Origin: Chthoniobacterales bacterium | Lineage (GTDB): Bacteria > Verrucomicrobiota > Verrucomicrobiia > Chthoniobacterales > UBA10450 | Assembly: GCA_051005695.1 (NCBI GenBank) | Contig: JBPCJC010000046.1 | Location: 106,772-170,771, forward strand | Reading direction: 5' to 3' | Length of the DNA stretch: 64,000 nucleotides | Shown: positions 44,632-54,889 of the stretch, piece by piece | Layout of the letters: each line of letters opens with the position of its first letter | How positions within the stretch are numbered: position 1 is the stretch's first letter | Notes under the pieces: model-generated | Seen by the model: only the letters and a program-made list of their open reading frames with translations | Database searches by the model: none | Told to the model about the DNA's origin: nothing | Program-made: the position numbers and the translations under genes

Positions 44632-44718
44632 GTGCGGCCACCCGCGAGCAATCTCAACTTTGTCGCGCGCTTCTTCTCGTTAGGCCGGATTTTTCGCCCG
44701 GATCTCGCGCCAGGGGAA

Positions 44719-45591
44719 ATGGAATCGACAAGAATTTTCGCCTGCGTTACTCTCGTTTTCATGCGCCTCTCCGGGAGAAAACCGTCGTCGTTTACCCGGC
44801 CATGGACGCAGCGGCAGCGGGTTGTTTTGCTCGCCCTCGTGGCCGCGAACATAACCGCCTACATCGCCCAGCTCTTCCTCGATTCCTACGAGCCGGGTTT
44901 CGTCAAAGAGTTCGTCGGGCTGAGCGCAGCCGGGGTAGAAAACGCTTACGCCTGGCAATTTTTTAGCGCGATTTTTCTGCACGTCGGGCCATGGCATCTG
45001 CTCGGAAACACGCTCGCGCTCTACCTCCTTGGCCGCGATGTCGAATGCATTCTCGGACAGCGACACTTCTTTTTTCTCTACCTCGCGGGCAGCGCCGCCG
45101 GTGAGATGGGTCATCTATTTCTAATGCCGCCGGCGACCGTTTTGTTCGCGGCTTCGGGAGGGGTGGCCGCCGTCCTGATGGCTTACGCGACCATTTTGCC
45201 GGAGATGGAATTGAGCGCGACCACCTTTTTCGCGGTCCCGCTCCGGATCAAAGCCAAGCATCTCGCAAATGCCGCGATTGCCATCGCTGTCCTCCTCTTG
45301 TTTCTCGATCGCCACGGCGCGGCCGCCCACAGCGCGTGTCTCGGCGGATGCGCCGCCGGTTGGCTCTACGCGCATTTGCTCGGCTTCGGTCGCCCATCCT
45401 TTTTGCAACGCGCCCTGCATCAACGCAAAGTGACCGCGGAGCGACTTCGCCAGATGGATGCGGAGCAGTTTATCGCCGAGGAAATCGATCCGCTGCTCGA
45501 GAAAATTTCCCGCTCGGGAATGCGCAGCCTGACCCGCCGCGAACGCCGCACCCTCGCGCGCGGGCGCGAAAAGCTGGCGGAGAACGCCTGA
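44719..45591 (+). CDS. Rhomboid-family intramembrane serine protease (start uncertain; 44719 or 44761).
   Basis: HVGPWHLLGNTLALYLLG (rhomboid HxxxN region). Catalytic GxSG: FAASGGVAAVLMAY. A downstream His lies in a TM helix (CAAGWLYAHLLG). Confidence 0.78.
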   Translation: MESTRIFACVTLVFMRLSGRKPSSFTRPWTQRQRVVLLALVAANITAYIAQLFLDSYEPGFVKEFVGLSAAGVENAYAWQFFSAIFLHVGPWHLLGNTLALYLLGRDVECILGQRHFFFLYLAGSAAGEMGHLFLMPPATVLFAASGGVAAVLMAYATILPEMELSATTFFAVPLRIKAKHLANAAIAIAVLLLFLDRHGAAAHSACLGGCAAGWLYAHLLGFGRPSFLQRALHQRKVTAERLRQMDAEQFIAEEIDPLLEKISRSGMRSLTRRERRTLARGREKLAENA

Positions 45592-45660
45592 GCACGCGGC
45601 CGTTTCGCTTTCCGCCGCGAAGCCACTTCCGCACCCGTCGGCCGCGTTTAGACTTTTACA

Positions 45661-48396
45661 ATGACTGACGCGCCGGCCTGGATCGGGCAAAAAGCGGCGA
45701 CCACCCTGAACCCCGGCCAGGTCGAGCGCACCCTCACCCGCCTGCACGAGCAGTGGCCGGACGGCGAGCTCGCGCTCGGCGAAGTCGTGCAAGACTTCTC
45801 GTTAGGCGAAAAAGCGCTTCTGCACTTGCTCGCGGTTTCCAGCATTTGCGCCGCCCGGCTGGCGCAGGATCCGCAAATTCTTCTCTGGCTGCGCCACCCC
45901 GATGTCAGCGACAGCCCGCGCAGCCGGCGACGAATGTTGGCCGACTTGCAACGCGTGACGGCCGATCGCTCTATCGGCCTGCAAAATTTTCGCGAGCTGC
46001 GGCGCTGGAAAGGCCGCGAGACTTTGCGGATTGCGCTTCGCGAAGTCGCAGAAGTGGCCTCACTCGAAGAAACCACCGCCGAGCTTTCGCAACTCGCGGA
46101 GATTTGCGTCGAGAAAGTCTTGGAACATTGGGAGACGGAACTCTGCGCGCGCCTCGGAGTTCCGGAAGCACAGTTCGCCGTCCTCGCGCTCGGTAAACTC
46201 GGCGGCCGCGAGCTCAATCACAGCTCGGACATCGACGTCATTTTTCTCTACAGCGAGGAAGGCCAGGTGACGAACAGCCTAACGAATCATCAATGGTTCA
46301 ATCGCCTGGCGACAAAAGTTTTCGAAACCTTCGCCACGCAGGATTCTGCGGGACCGCTTTTCCGGATGGATTTGCGCCTGCGCTCGGAAGGTTCGGCCGG
46401 ACCGGTGGCGCGCTCGCTCCACAGCCTGGAAAATTATTACAGCGGTTTTGGCGAGACTTGGGAACGGCTCGCGCTGATCAAGGCGCGTTTCGTCGCCGGG
46501 AGTGAAGAGCTGGCTTACGATTTTCTGCGCGAACATCAGCCCTTCATTTATCCGAAGAGCGCGACCACGGAGTTGCTCGATGAAATTGCCGCGCTCAAAC
46601 GGCGCATCGAGCGCGACATTGTCGGCCACGAAAATCTCGAGCGAAACGTCAAGCTTGGCACCGGCGGAATTCGCGAGATCGAATTCGTCGCGCAGGCGCT
46701 GCAACTTCTGCACGGCGCGCGGCACGCTTTTCTCCAGGAAACGAGCACGCTGAAAACCTTGCCCGCGCTCGCCGAACTCGACCTCCTCCCGCGCGCAGAA
46801 GCGGTTGATCTCGATCGCGCCTACCGGTTTCTCCGGCGCGTCGAGCACCGTTTACAAATCGAGTCCGAACAGCAAACACACACCGTCCCGGAAGAACCAG
46901 AAGCGTTGGGCCGGCTCGCGCGCAGCCTTGGATTTTCTGCCGGCGAACAATTCTCGGCTACGCTGCACGCGCACACCGCGCGGGTGCGCGAGATCTTCAC
47001 CCGCGTCATCGGCGAACGTCCGCAGGACAAGGAAACCAATGGTCTGCGCCTGGAATTTTTTCACGATCAAACCGCGGCCGCGCGCGCTGTCGACCAACTC
47101 GCGGAGGGGCGCGGAAGTTTTCACGTCGCGCCGCGCACGCGTCAGGTTTTTCGAAAACTACGGCCGATGTTGCTCGAGCAACTGGCCACGACCGCGAATC
47201 CGGATGCGGCGCTGACGCAATTCGTTCGCTTCGTCGAAGCCTACGGTATGCGCAGTTTGCTCTTCGAGTTATTAGTCGCGAACCCGCGCTTGCTCGAGCT
47301 GGTGGTGAAAACTTTCGACGCCAGCCGCGCGGCTACCGATCTCCTGATTCGCCGGCCGCAGTTGTTGGAAGAAGTCACCCGACCGGGGATGCTCGATCGC
47401 AGCGTCAGCGTGGAACGACATCTGGCCGCGCTCCGCGCGAGCGGGGCGAGCGCGGGCAATCTCGATCCGGTGCGCGCGTATCGGCAGACACAATCGCTGC
47501 GGATTTTGTTGCGCGACGTTCTCGGTCTGGTCGATCTCGCCGCACTCCAGCGCGAACATTCGGCAATCGCGGAAGCGTGTCTCGTCTTCGTCCACAGCCA
47601 GCTTGCGAAAGGCGACGACCTGACGATTGTCGCTCTCGGAAAATTTGGCGGACGCGAGCTCAGTTACGGCGCGGATCTGGACATTCTTTTTGTCGGAGAA
47701 AACACCCGCGCCGCGCAGGAGATCGTGGTCGAGATGGCGAAGGCGACGGCCGAAGGCGCGATCTCGCCGGTGGACGCGCGCCTACGGCCGGACGGCGAGA
47801 AAGGTCCGTTGACCGGATCGATCGCGGCTTACGAACATTATTATCTCGGCCGGGTGCAGCTTTGGGAATTGCAGGCACTAACGCGCGCGCGGCCATTGTG
47901 TGGCTCGTTAGGCGCGGAGTTTTTAGAGTTGGCGCAACGTTACTGGCGCGAGGCTGGACAGCGCGGAGATCTCTTGACGCAGATCGACGCGATGCGGGAA
48001 CGGATTCGGCGCGATCGCGGTTCCGGCTCGGAGATTTTGGATTTCAAAACCGGCCGTGGCGGGATGATCGAAGCGGAGTTTCTCGTCCAAGGATTGCAGA
48101 TGCGCACCGGCACCTGGAACCCGCAGTTTGCCTTCGCGGCCGAAGATTTGAAACGCTTGCGGGTGATAACGGCAGACGACGCCGGCGCGATCCAAGCGAG
48201 TTATAATTTCCTCCGCCGCTGCGAATCGATTTTGCGACGCTGGGAAAACAAAAGCGTCGCTTCCTTGCCGCCGGAAGAAAGCGAACAAATAAAACTGGCG
48301 CGACGCATCGGGGCAAGGGACTTGGCCGCTTTCGCGGAACAATTTCGCGCTGCGCGCGAGACCATTCACACGATCTACCAACGCTACTTCGAGTAG
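45661..48396 (+). CDS. glnE: Bifunctional glutamine synthetase adenylyltransferase/adenylyl-removing enzyme.
   Basis: Two nucleotidyltransferase halves: LALGKLGGRELNHSSDIDVIFLY and VALGKFGGRELSYGADLDILFV. Each is followed by a GlnE helical domain. About 910 aa. Confidence 0.9.
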   Translation: MTDAPAWIGQKAATTLNPGQVERTLTRLHEQWPDGELALGEVVQDFSLGEKALLHLLAVSSICAARLAQDPQILLWLRHPDVSDSPRSRRRMLADLQRVTADRSIGLQNFRELRRWKGRETLRIALREVAEVASLEETTAELSQLAEICVEKVLEHWETELCARLGVPEAQFAVLALGKLGGRELNHSSDIDVIFLYSEEGQVTNSLTNHQWFNRLATKVFETFATQDSAGPLFRMDLRLRSEGSAGPVARSLHSLENYYSGFGETWERLALIKARFVAGSEELAYDFLREHQPFIYPKSATTELLDEIAALKRRIERDIVGHENLERNVKLGTGGIREIEFVAQALQLLHGARHAFLQETSTLKTLPALAELDLLPRAEAVDLDRAYRFLRRVEHRLQIESEQQTHTVPEEPEALGRLARSLGFSAGEQFSATLHAHTARVREIFTRVIGERPQDKETNGLRLEFFHDQTAAARAVDQLAEGRGSFHVAPRTRQVFRKLRPMLLEQLATTANPDAALTQFVRFVEAYGMRSLLFELLVANPRLLELVVKTFDASRAATDLLIRRPQLLEEVTRPGMLDRSVSVERHLAALRASGASAGNLDPVRAYRQTQSLRILLRDVLGLVDLAALQREHSAIAEACLVFVHSQLAKGDDLTIVALGKFGGRELSYGADLDILFVGENTRAAQEIVVEMAKATAEGAISPVDARLRPDGEKGPLTGSIAAYEHYYLGRVQLWELQALTRARPLCGSLGAEFLELAQRYWREAGQRGDLLTQIDAMRERIRRDRGSGSEILDFKTGRGGMIEAEFLVQGLQMRTGTWNPQFAFAAEDLKRLRVITADDAGAIQASYNFLRRCESILRRWENKSVASLPPEESEQIKLARRIGARDLAAFAEQFRAARETIHTIYQRYFE

Positions 48397-48397
48397 C

Positions 48398-48931
48398 TCA
48401 GCGGTTGGCGAAGAGTCGAAGCAGTTGCTGCAGCATAAAAAAACTCACGGCGATGCCGGCGCAGACGATGACGAAGAGCGCGAGCAAAACGCCGATGACG
48501 AAAATCCAATCGCTCCGGTCGGATTTTCGCGGCGCGCCCATGTGTTCCTTGAGCAACTGGTGATTGCGCGCGTTCGATTTGAACCAAAACGAAAACGCGT
48601 CGCCGATCCCCGGGATGATGCCGATTAACTCGTTAACCAAAATGTTGAGCGACATCCGGGCGAGGATAATCTTGGGTAAGCCGTGACGTGCGGCCTGGAT
48701 CAGCGCGACCGCAGAAACCAGCGCCGCACCGGTGTCGCCCAATCCGGGAATCAGGCCGATCAACGGGTCGATCCCGAAACGCAACTTCGTTCCGGGAATG
48801 CGCAGGAGATCGTCCATCAGGAGCGCAATCCAGCGGAATAACGGCTCAAGCTGGGCGCTCCCGCGCTTGCTCTCCGGCGGGAGCACTTCCCACTCCGCGT
48901 CCTGGACGCCGGCTTTGTGTTCGTTAGGCAA
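48398..48931 (-). CDS. DUF4112-family membrane protein.
   Basis: LMDDLLRIPGTKLRFGIDPLIGLIPGLGDTGAALVSAVALI is the family signature. C-terminal TM helix. Confidence 0.75.
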   Translation of the reverse strand: MPNEHKAGVQDAEWEVLPPESKRGSAQLEPLFRWIALLMDDLLRIPGTKLRFGIDPLIGLIPGLGDTGAALVSAVALIQAARHGLPKIILARMSLNILVNELIGIIPGIGDAFSFWFKSNARNHQLLKEHMGAPRKSDRSDWIFVIGVLLALFVIVCAGIAVSFFMLQQLLRLFANR

Positions 48932-48937
48932 TGCAGT

Positions 48938-50485
48938 TTAACCCGGGATCTCTTTCAGCATCTGCGTGTTCGTGGGGAATTTTTTCACGAACATGAGCAG
49001 GCGCTGAATCGCTTCCTCGGGTTTATGCCCGGCGAGGCCGCGGCGGATGAGATTAATTTTTTCCAGTTCCCACGGCTCGAGAAGCAATTCTTCGCGGCGC
49101 GTCCCGGAGAGGAAAATATCGACCGCGGGATAAATGCGCTGGTCGCTAATCTTGCGATCGAGCACGAGCTCCATGTTCCCGGTGCCTTTGAATGCCGGGA
49201 AGATGAGTTCGTCCATCCGGCTACCGGTCTCGATCAGCGCGGTCGCGACAATCGTCAAGCTGCCGGCTTCTTCGGTATTGCGCGCAGCGGCGAAAATCTT
49301 TCGCGGAATTTCCATCGCCCGCGCATCGATACCGCCACTCATGGTGCGGCCGCCACCGCCGGTCGCATTGTTAAATGCGCGCGCCGTGCGGGTGATCGAG
49401 TCTAACAAGATGAAGACGTGCTTGCCGGCTTCGACCATGCGCTTGGCGCGCTCGATCGCGAGTTGCGCGATACGAGTATGGCCCTTGATGTCGGTGTCGC
49501 TCGAGCTCGCCATGATTTCGGCGGTTGGGCAGGAGCGGCGAAAATCAGTCACTTCCTCCGGGCGCTCATCGACGAGCAGGATGATGAGTTTCATCTCCGG
49601 ATGATTTTTTGTGACCGCGTCGGCGATGTGATGCAGCAAAGTCGTTTTGCCAGTGCGCGGCGGCGCGACAATCAATCCGCGCTGGCCCATGCCGAGCGGC
49701 GTCATCATATCCATCACGCGCGTGGTGTAACGATCGGGAACGGTCTCGAGTTTGATCCGCTTGTTCGGATTGATCGTGGTCAGTTCTTCGAAGGGCGTCA
49801 GTCCTTGATACTTGGTCGGCTCGTCGTCGTTGATCTTGTTCAGGCGCATTAACTGCGGCCCGCGATTGCCCCGGCGCGTTTCGCCCTGGATCCACATGCC
49901 GTCACGCAAACCAAAGCGACGCACGATCTCCGGGGTGACGAAAATGTCCTGCGGCGTCTGGACGAAATTCCGTTTCGCGTCTCGCAAGAATCCAAAACCC
50001 TTGCCGGAGATTTCGATGACACCTTCGCCAAATTCCGGCTCACGCATTTGGTCGCCGTTATAGGAGCCGCCTTGCGGGCGATCACGGTCGCGGTCCCGAT
50101 CACGGAAATGACGTTCGTGTGGCGGCGTGGCTTCGGAAGTATCGCCGCTGGAAGGCGCGGAATTTTCGTCCGAATTTCCGAGCTGCATTTTTTCGGTGAG
50201 CGCGGAACCGGCGACCGCACCGGCATCGTCAGGACTCACGCGACTCTCGGAGTCCGCAGGCCGATTTGAAATCGGCTCGACCGCGACTCGGGCACTCTCT
50301 CGGATTTCGTCCGGCCGCTGATGATTCTCGTTGGCGGAATCCCCATCGTTCCGCGGTTGATGACTCTCCGCTGGGGAGTGCGATTCGTTCTTCCGCGCAC
50401 GTGGTCCACGTCGGGAAGGCCGGCGACGGCGGGGCGCGGCGGACTGCACCGATGACGGTGATTGATTCTCGGATTCTTCACTCAT
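48938..50485 (-). CDS. rho: Transcription termination factor Rho with a ~160-aa low-complexity N-terminal extension.
   Basis: CSD-like RNA-binding region: GVIEISGKGFGFLRD...IFVTPEIVRRFGLRDGMWIQG. Walker A: APPRTGKTTLL. Q/R loops and C-terminal RecA fold. The N-terminus is rich in S/E/R/D, including RDRDRDRDR. Confidence 0.92.
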   Translation of the reverse strand: MSEESENQSPSSVQSAAPRRRRPSRRGPRARKNESHSPAESHQPRNDGDSANENHQRPDEIRESARVAVEPISNRPADSESRVSPDDAGAVAGSALTEKMQLGNSDENSAPSSGDTSEATPPHERHFRDRDRDRDRPQGGSYNGDQMREPEFGEGVIEISGKGFGFLRDAKRNFVQTPQDIFVTPEIVRRFGLRDGMWIQGETRRGNRGPQLMRLNKINDDEPTKYQGLTPFEELTTINPNKRIKLETVPDRYTTRVMDMMTPLGMGQRGLIVAPPRTGKTTLLHHIADAVTKNHPEMKLIILLVDERPEEVTDFRRSCPTAEIMASSSDTDIKGHTRIAQLAIERAKRMVEAGKHVFILLDSITRTARAFNNATGGGGRTMSGGIDARAMEIPRKIFAAARNTEEAGSLTIVATALIETGSRMDELIFPAFKGTGNMELVLDRKISDQRIYPAVDIFLSGTRREELLLEPWELEKINLIRRGLAGHKPEEAIQRLLMFVKKFPTNTQMLKEIPG

Positions 50486-50542
50486 AATGGAAACGGGCGA
50501 GCCATCGACGCGTCACACACAGCGCCGTGGCGGCTGAACTTC

Positions 50543-51298
50543 TTACGCTGGCAATCGGGCCAGCACTTCGTCGGCAATATCTAAATTCGAATAGACGTTT
50601 TGGACGTCATCGTCGTCTTCGAGGCTCTCACACAACCGCAACACTTGGAGCGCGGTCGCCTCATCGACGACAGGAACTGTCGTATCAGGGATGAACGTAA
50701 ACTTCTGCCCATCGGGGGTAACGCCCGCGTGTTTGAGCGCCTCAGCTACAGCGTAGAGCTGATCGTGGGAAGTGGTGATAACATACCGCTCCTCCTCGGT
50801 TGTCAACTCCTCCGCCCCAGCTTCGAGGGCCAATTCAAAGACGCGTTCCTCAGGAATCGTTTCTCGCGGCACCGTGATCTGTCCCTTTTTATGGAACATG
50901 TAAGAAACACTCCCGCTGGTCGCGAGGTTGCCATCATTCTTCGTGAAAATCCGGCGGAGCTCGGCGGCGGTGCGGTTTTTGTTGTCGGTCGCGGCATCGA
51001 CGATCACGGCCACGCCGCCCGGTGCGTAACCTTCGTAAACGATTTCCTCGTAATGCGTCGCTTCCTGGCCTTCGCCGGTTCCGCGCTTGATCGCGCGCTC
51101 GATGTTGTCGTTAGGCATGCTCTGCCCGCGGGCGGAAAGAACGGCGCTGCGCAGGCGGACATTGCCGGAGGGATCGCCCCCGCCGATCTTCGCCGCGATG
51201 GTAATTTCCTTCGCGAGTTTGCTGAAGAGCGCGCCGCGTTTCACGTCCAGCGCACCCTTGGCGCGCTTCACTTTGGACCACTTACTGTGTCCCGACAT
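50543..51298 (-). CDS. YebC/PmpR-family DNA-binding transcriptional regulator.
   Basis: MSGHSKWSKVKRAKGALDVKRGALFSKLAKEITIAAK is the canonical N-terminus. The Met at 51298 was chosen over the track start at 51349. Confidence 0.9.
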   Translation of the reverse strand: MSGHSKWSKVKRAKGALDVKRGALFSKLAKEITIAAKIGGGDPSGNVRLRSAVLSARGQSMPNDNIERAIKRGTGEGQEATHYEEIVYEGYAPGGVAVIVDAATDNKNRTAAELRRIFTKNDGNLATSGSVSYMFHKKGQITVPRETIPEERVFELALEAGAEELTTEEERYVITTSHDQLYAVAEALKHAGVTPDGQKFTFIPDTTVPVVDEATALQVLRLCESLEDDDDVQNVYSNLDIADEVLARLPA

Positions 51299-51497
51299 TG
51301 GCTTGAATCTGTTTCCCGGCAGGTGTTCGACAGGTTCCCAGCTCGACAAAGGAGATTCAGAACCGACCGCGCCTCGAGAGGAGAGATGCTATCGAGGAGA
51401 CAAACGAACGGGAGAATTCAACCGTAACGACGGTGAAATGTCAAAGCTTCCGACGCAACTTTTCGCGACACCGCCAAATTGACGGCCGACCGAATCG

Positions 51498-53312
51498 CTA
51501 CGCCGCGACCGCGTTGCCCGCACGTTTGCGGGCGTTGGCGTCGAGGATGCGCTTGCGCAAACGCAGCGATTTCGGCGTCGCTTCCACGTATTCGTCGGAA
51601 CCGATGTACTCGATCGCGCGCTCCAAGGTCATCTTCAACGGCGCTTCCAGTTGGATACCTTTGCCGTCGCCCTGACTGCGCATGTTCGTCAGGTTTTTCG
51701 CCTTGCAAGGATTGACCGGGAGATCTTCCGGGCGCGCATTTTCGCCGATGATCATGCCCGCATAAATTTCCTCCTGCGGTCCGACGAAAAGTTTGCCACG
51801 CGCCTGAATGTTATTAAGCGCGTAAGCCTTGCTGGTACCCGCTTCCATCGAAACCATCACGCCACGATTTCTGCCTTCGAGTTCGCCCTTGAAGGGCGCG
51901 TATTCACGAAAGAGATGGCTCATGATTCCCTCGCCGCGCGTCAGATTCACCAGATCGCTCTCGAACCCGATCAAGCCGCGGGTGGGAATGATCGCCTCGA
52001 CGGAAACGCGCGTCGTGTGGTGATCCATGGAAACGACTTCGCCTTTACGAGCCGCCATCGATTGCAAAACGTCGCCCAAATTCTCCTTAGGCACTTCCAC
52101 GTAAAGATTCTCGATCGGTTCAAGCAAGCTTCCGTCTTCGCCGCGCTTAAAGATGACCTCGGGACGCGAGACCATGACTTCGTAGCCTTCGCGCCGCATC
52201 TGCTCGACCAGGATCGCGATCTGCATCTCGCCGCGCGCATTGATTTCGAAAGCGCCCGCCGCTTCGGTGTCTTTCACCTGGAGCGAAACATTGCCGCGCG
52301 TCTCACGAATCAAGCGCTCGCGCACGTGTCGTGCGGTGACGAACTTGCCTTCGCGGCCCGCGAACGGCGAGTCGTTCACCAAGATGCGCATGCGAATCGT
52401 CGGCGGATCGATGTCGACAAATTGAAGCGGCGTGCGCTCCTCGCGATCCGTCAGCGTTTCGCCGATGTAAACTTCTTCGAACGCAGTCAGGCCGATAATA
52501 TCGCCCGCGCTCGCATGCTGCACCTCCACGCGGCCCATGCCGGCGAAGGTAAAGATACCGGTAACGTTGGCGCGCTCACGTCGCCCTTCGCGATTGATGC
52601 AGACAATCGATTCCCCTACTGCGACTCGTCCACTAACAATGCGTCCTAGCGCAATCCGCCCGAGATAATCGCTGTAGTCGAGGTTCGAAACCAGCATCTG
52701 AAAATAAGGCGCCGACGAAACTGTCGGCGGCGGGACGTGGTCGATGATCGCCTGAAACAACGGGGTCATGTCCTCGCTGTTCTCGTGCAGCTCGCGCATC
52801 GCGAAACCATTCTTGGCGCTGGCGTAAACGATCGGGAAATCGAGCTGCTCATCGTTGGCCTTCAACTCGACAAAGAGATCGAAGATCATGTCGAGCACCT
52901 TGTGCGGGCGGGCGTTTTCGCGATCCACCTTGTTGATCACCACGATCGGCTTGGCGTTATTTTCCAACGCCTTGCGGAGGACGAAACGCGTTTGCGCTTG
53001 CGGACCATCGTGCGCATCCACCACCAAGAGGACGCCATCGACCATTTTCATGATCCGCTCGACTTCGCCGCCGAAGTCCGCGTGCCCCGGGGTATCAACG
53101 ATGTTGACTCGGTAATCGTGCCAATGAAAGGCCGCGTTCTTCGCGCGGATGGTGATGCCTTTTTCGCGCTCGAGATCCATCGAGTCCATCATCCGTTCCT
53201 CCGTCTTTTGGTTAGAGCGAAAGGTGCCGGATTGGCGAAGCAACTGATCGACCAGGGTGGTCTTCCCGTGGTCGACATGTGCAATGATGGCGATATTACG
53301 AATCTTTTCCAT
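51498..53312 (-). CDS. typA: Translational GTPase TypA/BipA.
   Basis: [37 protein letters not shown]. About 600 aa with an EF-G-like domain order. Confidence 0.93.
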   Translation of the reverse strand: MEKIRNIAIIAHVDHGKTTLVDQLLRQSGTFRSNQKTEERMMDSMDLEREKGITIRAKNAAFHWHDYRVNIVDTPGHADFGGEVERIMKMVDGVLLVVDAHDGPQAQTRFVLRKALENNAKPIVVINKVDRENARPHKVLDMIFDLFVELKANDEQLDFPIVYASAKNGFAMRELHENSEDMTPLFQAIIDHVPPPTVSSAPYFQMLVSNLDYSDYLGRIALGRIVSGRVAVGESIVCINREGRRERANVTGIFTFAGMGRVEVQHASAGDIIGLTAFEEVYIGETLTDREERTPLQFVDIDPPTIRMRILVNDSPFAGREGKFVTARHVRERLIRETRGNVSLQVKDTEAAGAFEINARGEMQIAILVEQMRREGYEVMVSRPEVIFKRGEDGSLLEPIENLYVEVPKENLGDVLQSMAARKGEVVSMDHHTTRVSVEAIIPTRGLIGFESDLVNLTRGEGIMSHLFREYAPFKGELEGRNRGVMVSMEAGTSKAYALNNIQARGKLFVGPQEEIYAGMIIGENARPEDLPVNPCKAKNLTNMRSQGDGKGIQLEAPLKMTLERAIEYIGSDEYVEATPKSLRLRKRILDANARKRAGNAVAA

Positions 53313-53449
53313 GGAGCGTCTCCTCGAAATGAGGAGCGCGGAATATGGTGGCGAGGAGGTGCGGCGTCAACCGGCGGGCGATTTGCGCTGCGAGATAACC
53401 GCGGTACGGTGCGGCGGAGGAGAGAAAAAAGTAAACTCCCTTTGGCCCA

Positions 53450-53995
53450 ATGAACAGGATACTGCTAATCATCGCGGCCTTGGGTGCCGCTGTAGCTACG
53501 CTCGTGGGACAATCGATCTCGCCGGCGCCGGTGCGGGCTTCGCTTGATCGGATTGGCGGTATCGCCATTCCCCACGCGCGCAGCCAGGATATTGGCGCCG
53601 AATTTCAGCTATCCGCGGTAGGTGGGGGGATTTCTTTGACGGCGATTCGACCTGACGACACGAAGACTGTAGAAGCGCTTCGCACCTACGCAACGGTCCT
53701 GAAAGGAGAGCTAGACAAGGGCGAGTCCTCCCGCCTCGGAGCCCTTTTCCATGATTCCGCCGCTGCGTTCGCTCGAGTGAAGGCGACTGAAGGTGAGTCC
53801 ATTTTGATCCAGGAACTCCCGAAGGGCTTTAGCGTGACCTTCGGAGCGGCGAATCAGGCATCGCGCACCGCGATTCACAATTACATTGCCATCGCGCGGG
53901 GACGCCCCGCTTTCACCCCAGCAGAGCGAGCACTGAACCATCCGGGTAACAACCTCGGATGGGACGCTCAGAAGTCGAACGATCTGGAAAAATAG
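53450..53995 (+). CDS. Hypothetical secreted protein.
   Basis: Signal peptide: MNRILLIIAALGAAVATLVGQS. No recognisable motif. Confidence 0.5.
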   Translation: MNRILLIIAALGAAVATLVGQSISPAPVRASLDRIGGIAIPHARSQDIGAEFQLSAVGGGISLTAIRPDDTKTVEALRTYATVLKGELDKGESSRLGALFHDSAAAFARVKATEGESILIQELPKGFSVTFGAANQASRTAIHNYIAIARGRPAFTPAERALNHPGNNLGWDAQKSNDLEK

Positions 53996-54228
53996 GGGAA
54001 GACGGCCGCAGTTAATCTTCATTCGGACAGCAGTGCTCCGTTGAACGTTGTGACAGCCTGGAGGTTGTCACCCGTTAAATCTGCGGACGGAGTAAGGGGC
54101 GACACTCATGTCGCCGAGAGTCGGTCACTAAAGCAAACCGCATAGCAAGCTCCAAGAGCAAGTCGTTGCGTACGCAAAACAGCTCCAACCCGGAGGCTGG
54201 AGCCGTTTGACGATAGTGCTCGAACTTG

Positions 54229-54849
54229 TTAGGCCAGTGAACGGCGACGAATCGCCCAAACCGCGAAGCCAACTCCGGCCAGTCCCAGCAGAGCAAAGGT
54301 GTTCGGCTCCGGAACGACTGTCACGGTAAGGGAATTAGCTTGAATTGGGAAGGTGTCGCCATTGGAATTGCTTATCAGCGAGGTCTTACTACCAGTCGTT
54401 CCACTCTGAATGGTATAGGTCCCAGCCGGAGCATTCGCAGCGATAGAGAGAGTAACGTTCGCTATGAAATAAGTACTCGAAGGCAACCCGGCACTGCCAT
54501 CCGATGCCCCCAGATCCTGGGCATTTGCTGGATTCAAGGGTTGATTTGCCGTTAGCGTTGTTGTGTTAGGATCGGTGAATGAGCTGCCTGTAAGGTCTCG
54601 ACTGGTCAAGGAAAAGACAAAAGGGGCGGCACCGTTCTGCTGAAGGTAGTAAGTTAGCCCAATAATGTCGTTAATTGTGCCTCCGCTCATGAAAACTAAG
54701 TTAATCGAGAACGTAATCGTCGATCCCGGAGCAGCACTCGGGAAGTTGGTCGGCGAGAATACGAATTGTGCGCTCTGAGCTGAGGCGCGCGGCGTGGTGG
54801 CGGTGGCGCTGAGAAAGGCCAGCGCGGCAATTAGAATTAGTTTTTTCAT
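54229..54849 (-). CDS. PEP-CTERM sorting-domain secreted protein.
   Basis: Signal peptide: MKKLILIAALAFLSATATTPRASA. C-terminus: VVPEPNTFALLGLAGVGFAVWAIRRRSLA. Confidence 0.85.
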   Translation of the reverse strand: MKKLILIAALAFLSATATTPRASAQSAQFVFSPTNFPSAAPGSTITFSINLVFMSGGTINDIIGLTYYLQQNGAAPFVFSLTSRDLTGSSFTDPNTTTLTANQPLNPANAQDLGASDGSAGLPSSTYFIANVTLSIAANAPAGTYTIQSGTTGSKTSLISNSNGDTFPIQANSLTVTVVPEPNTFALLGLAGVGFAVWAIRRRSLA

Positions 54850-54889
54850 TGGTATATTGTCGATAAGGATTTTCTTTTTTGGCTATTGA

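Noticed and set aside
54050-54071. Small hairpin gtgaca-N10-tgtcac downstream of the hypothetical gene ending at 53995, considered as a possible terminator.
   Set aside because: The stem is only 6 bp with a 10-nt loop and no following T-tract, which is too weak to call an intrinsic terminator.
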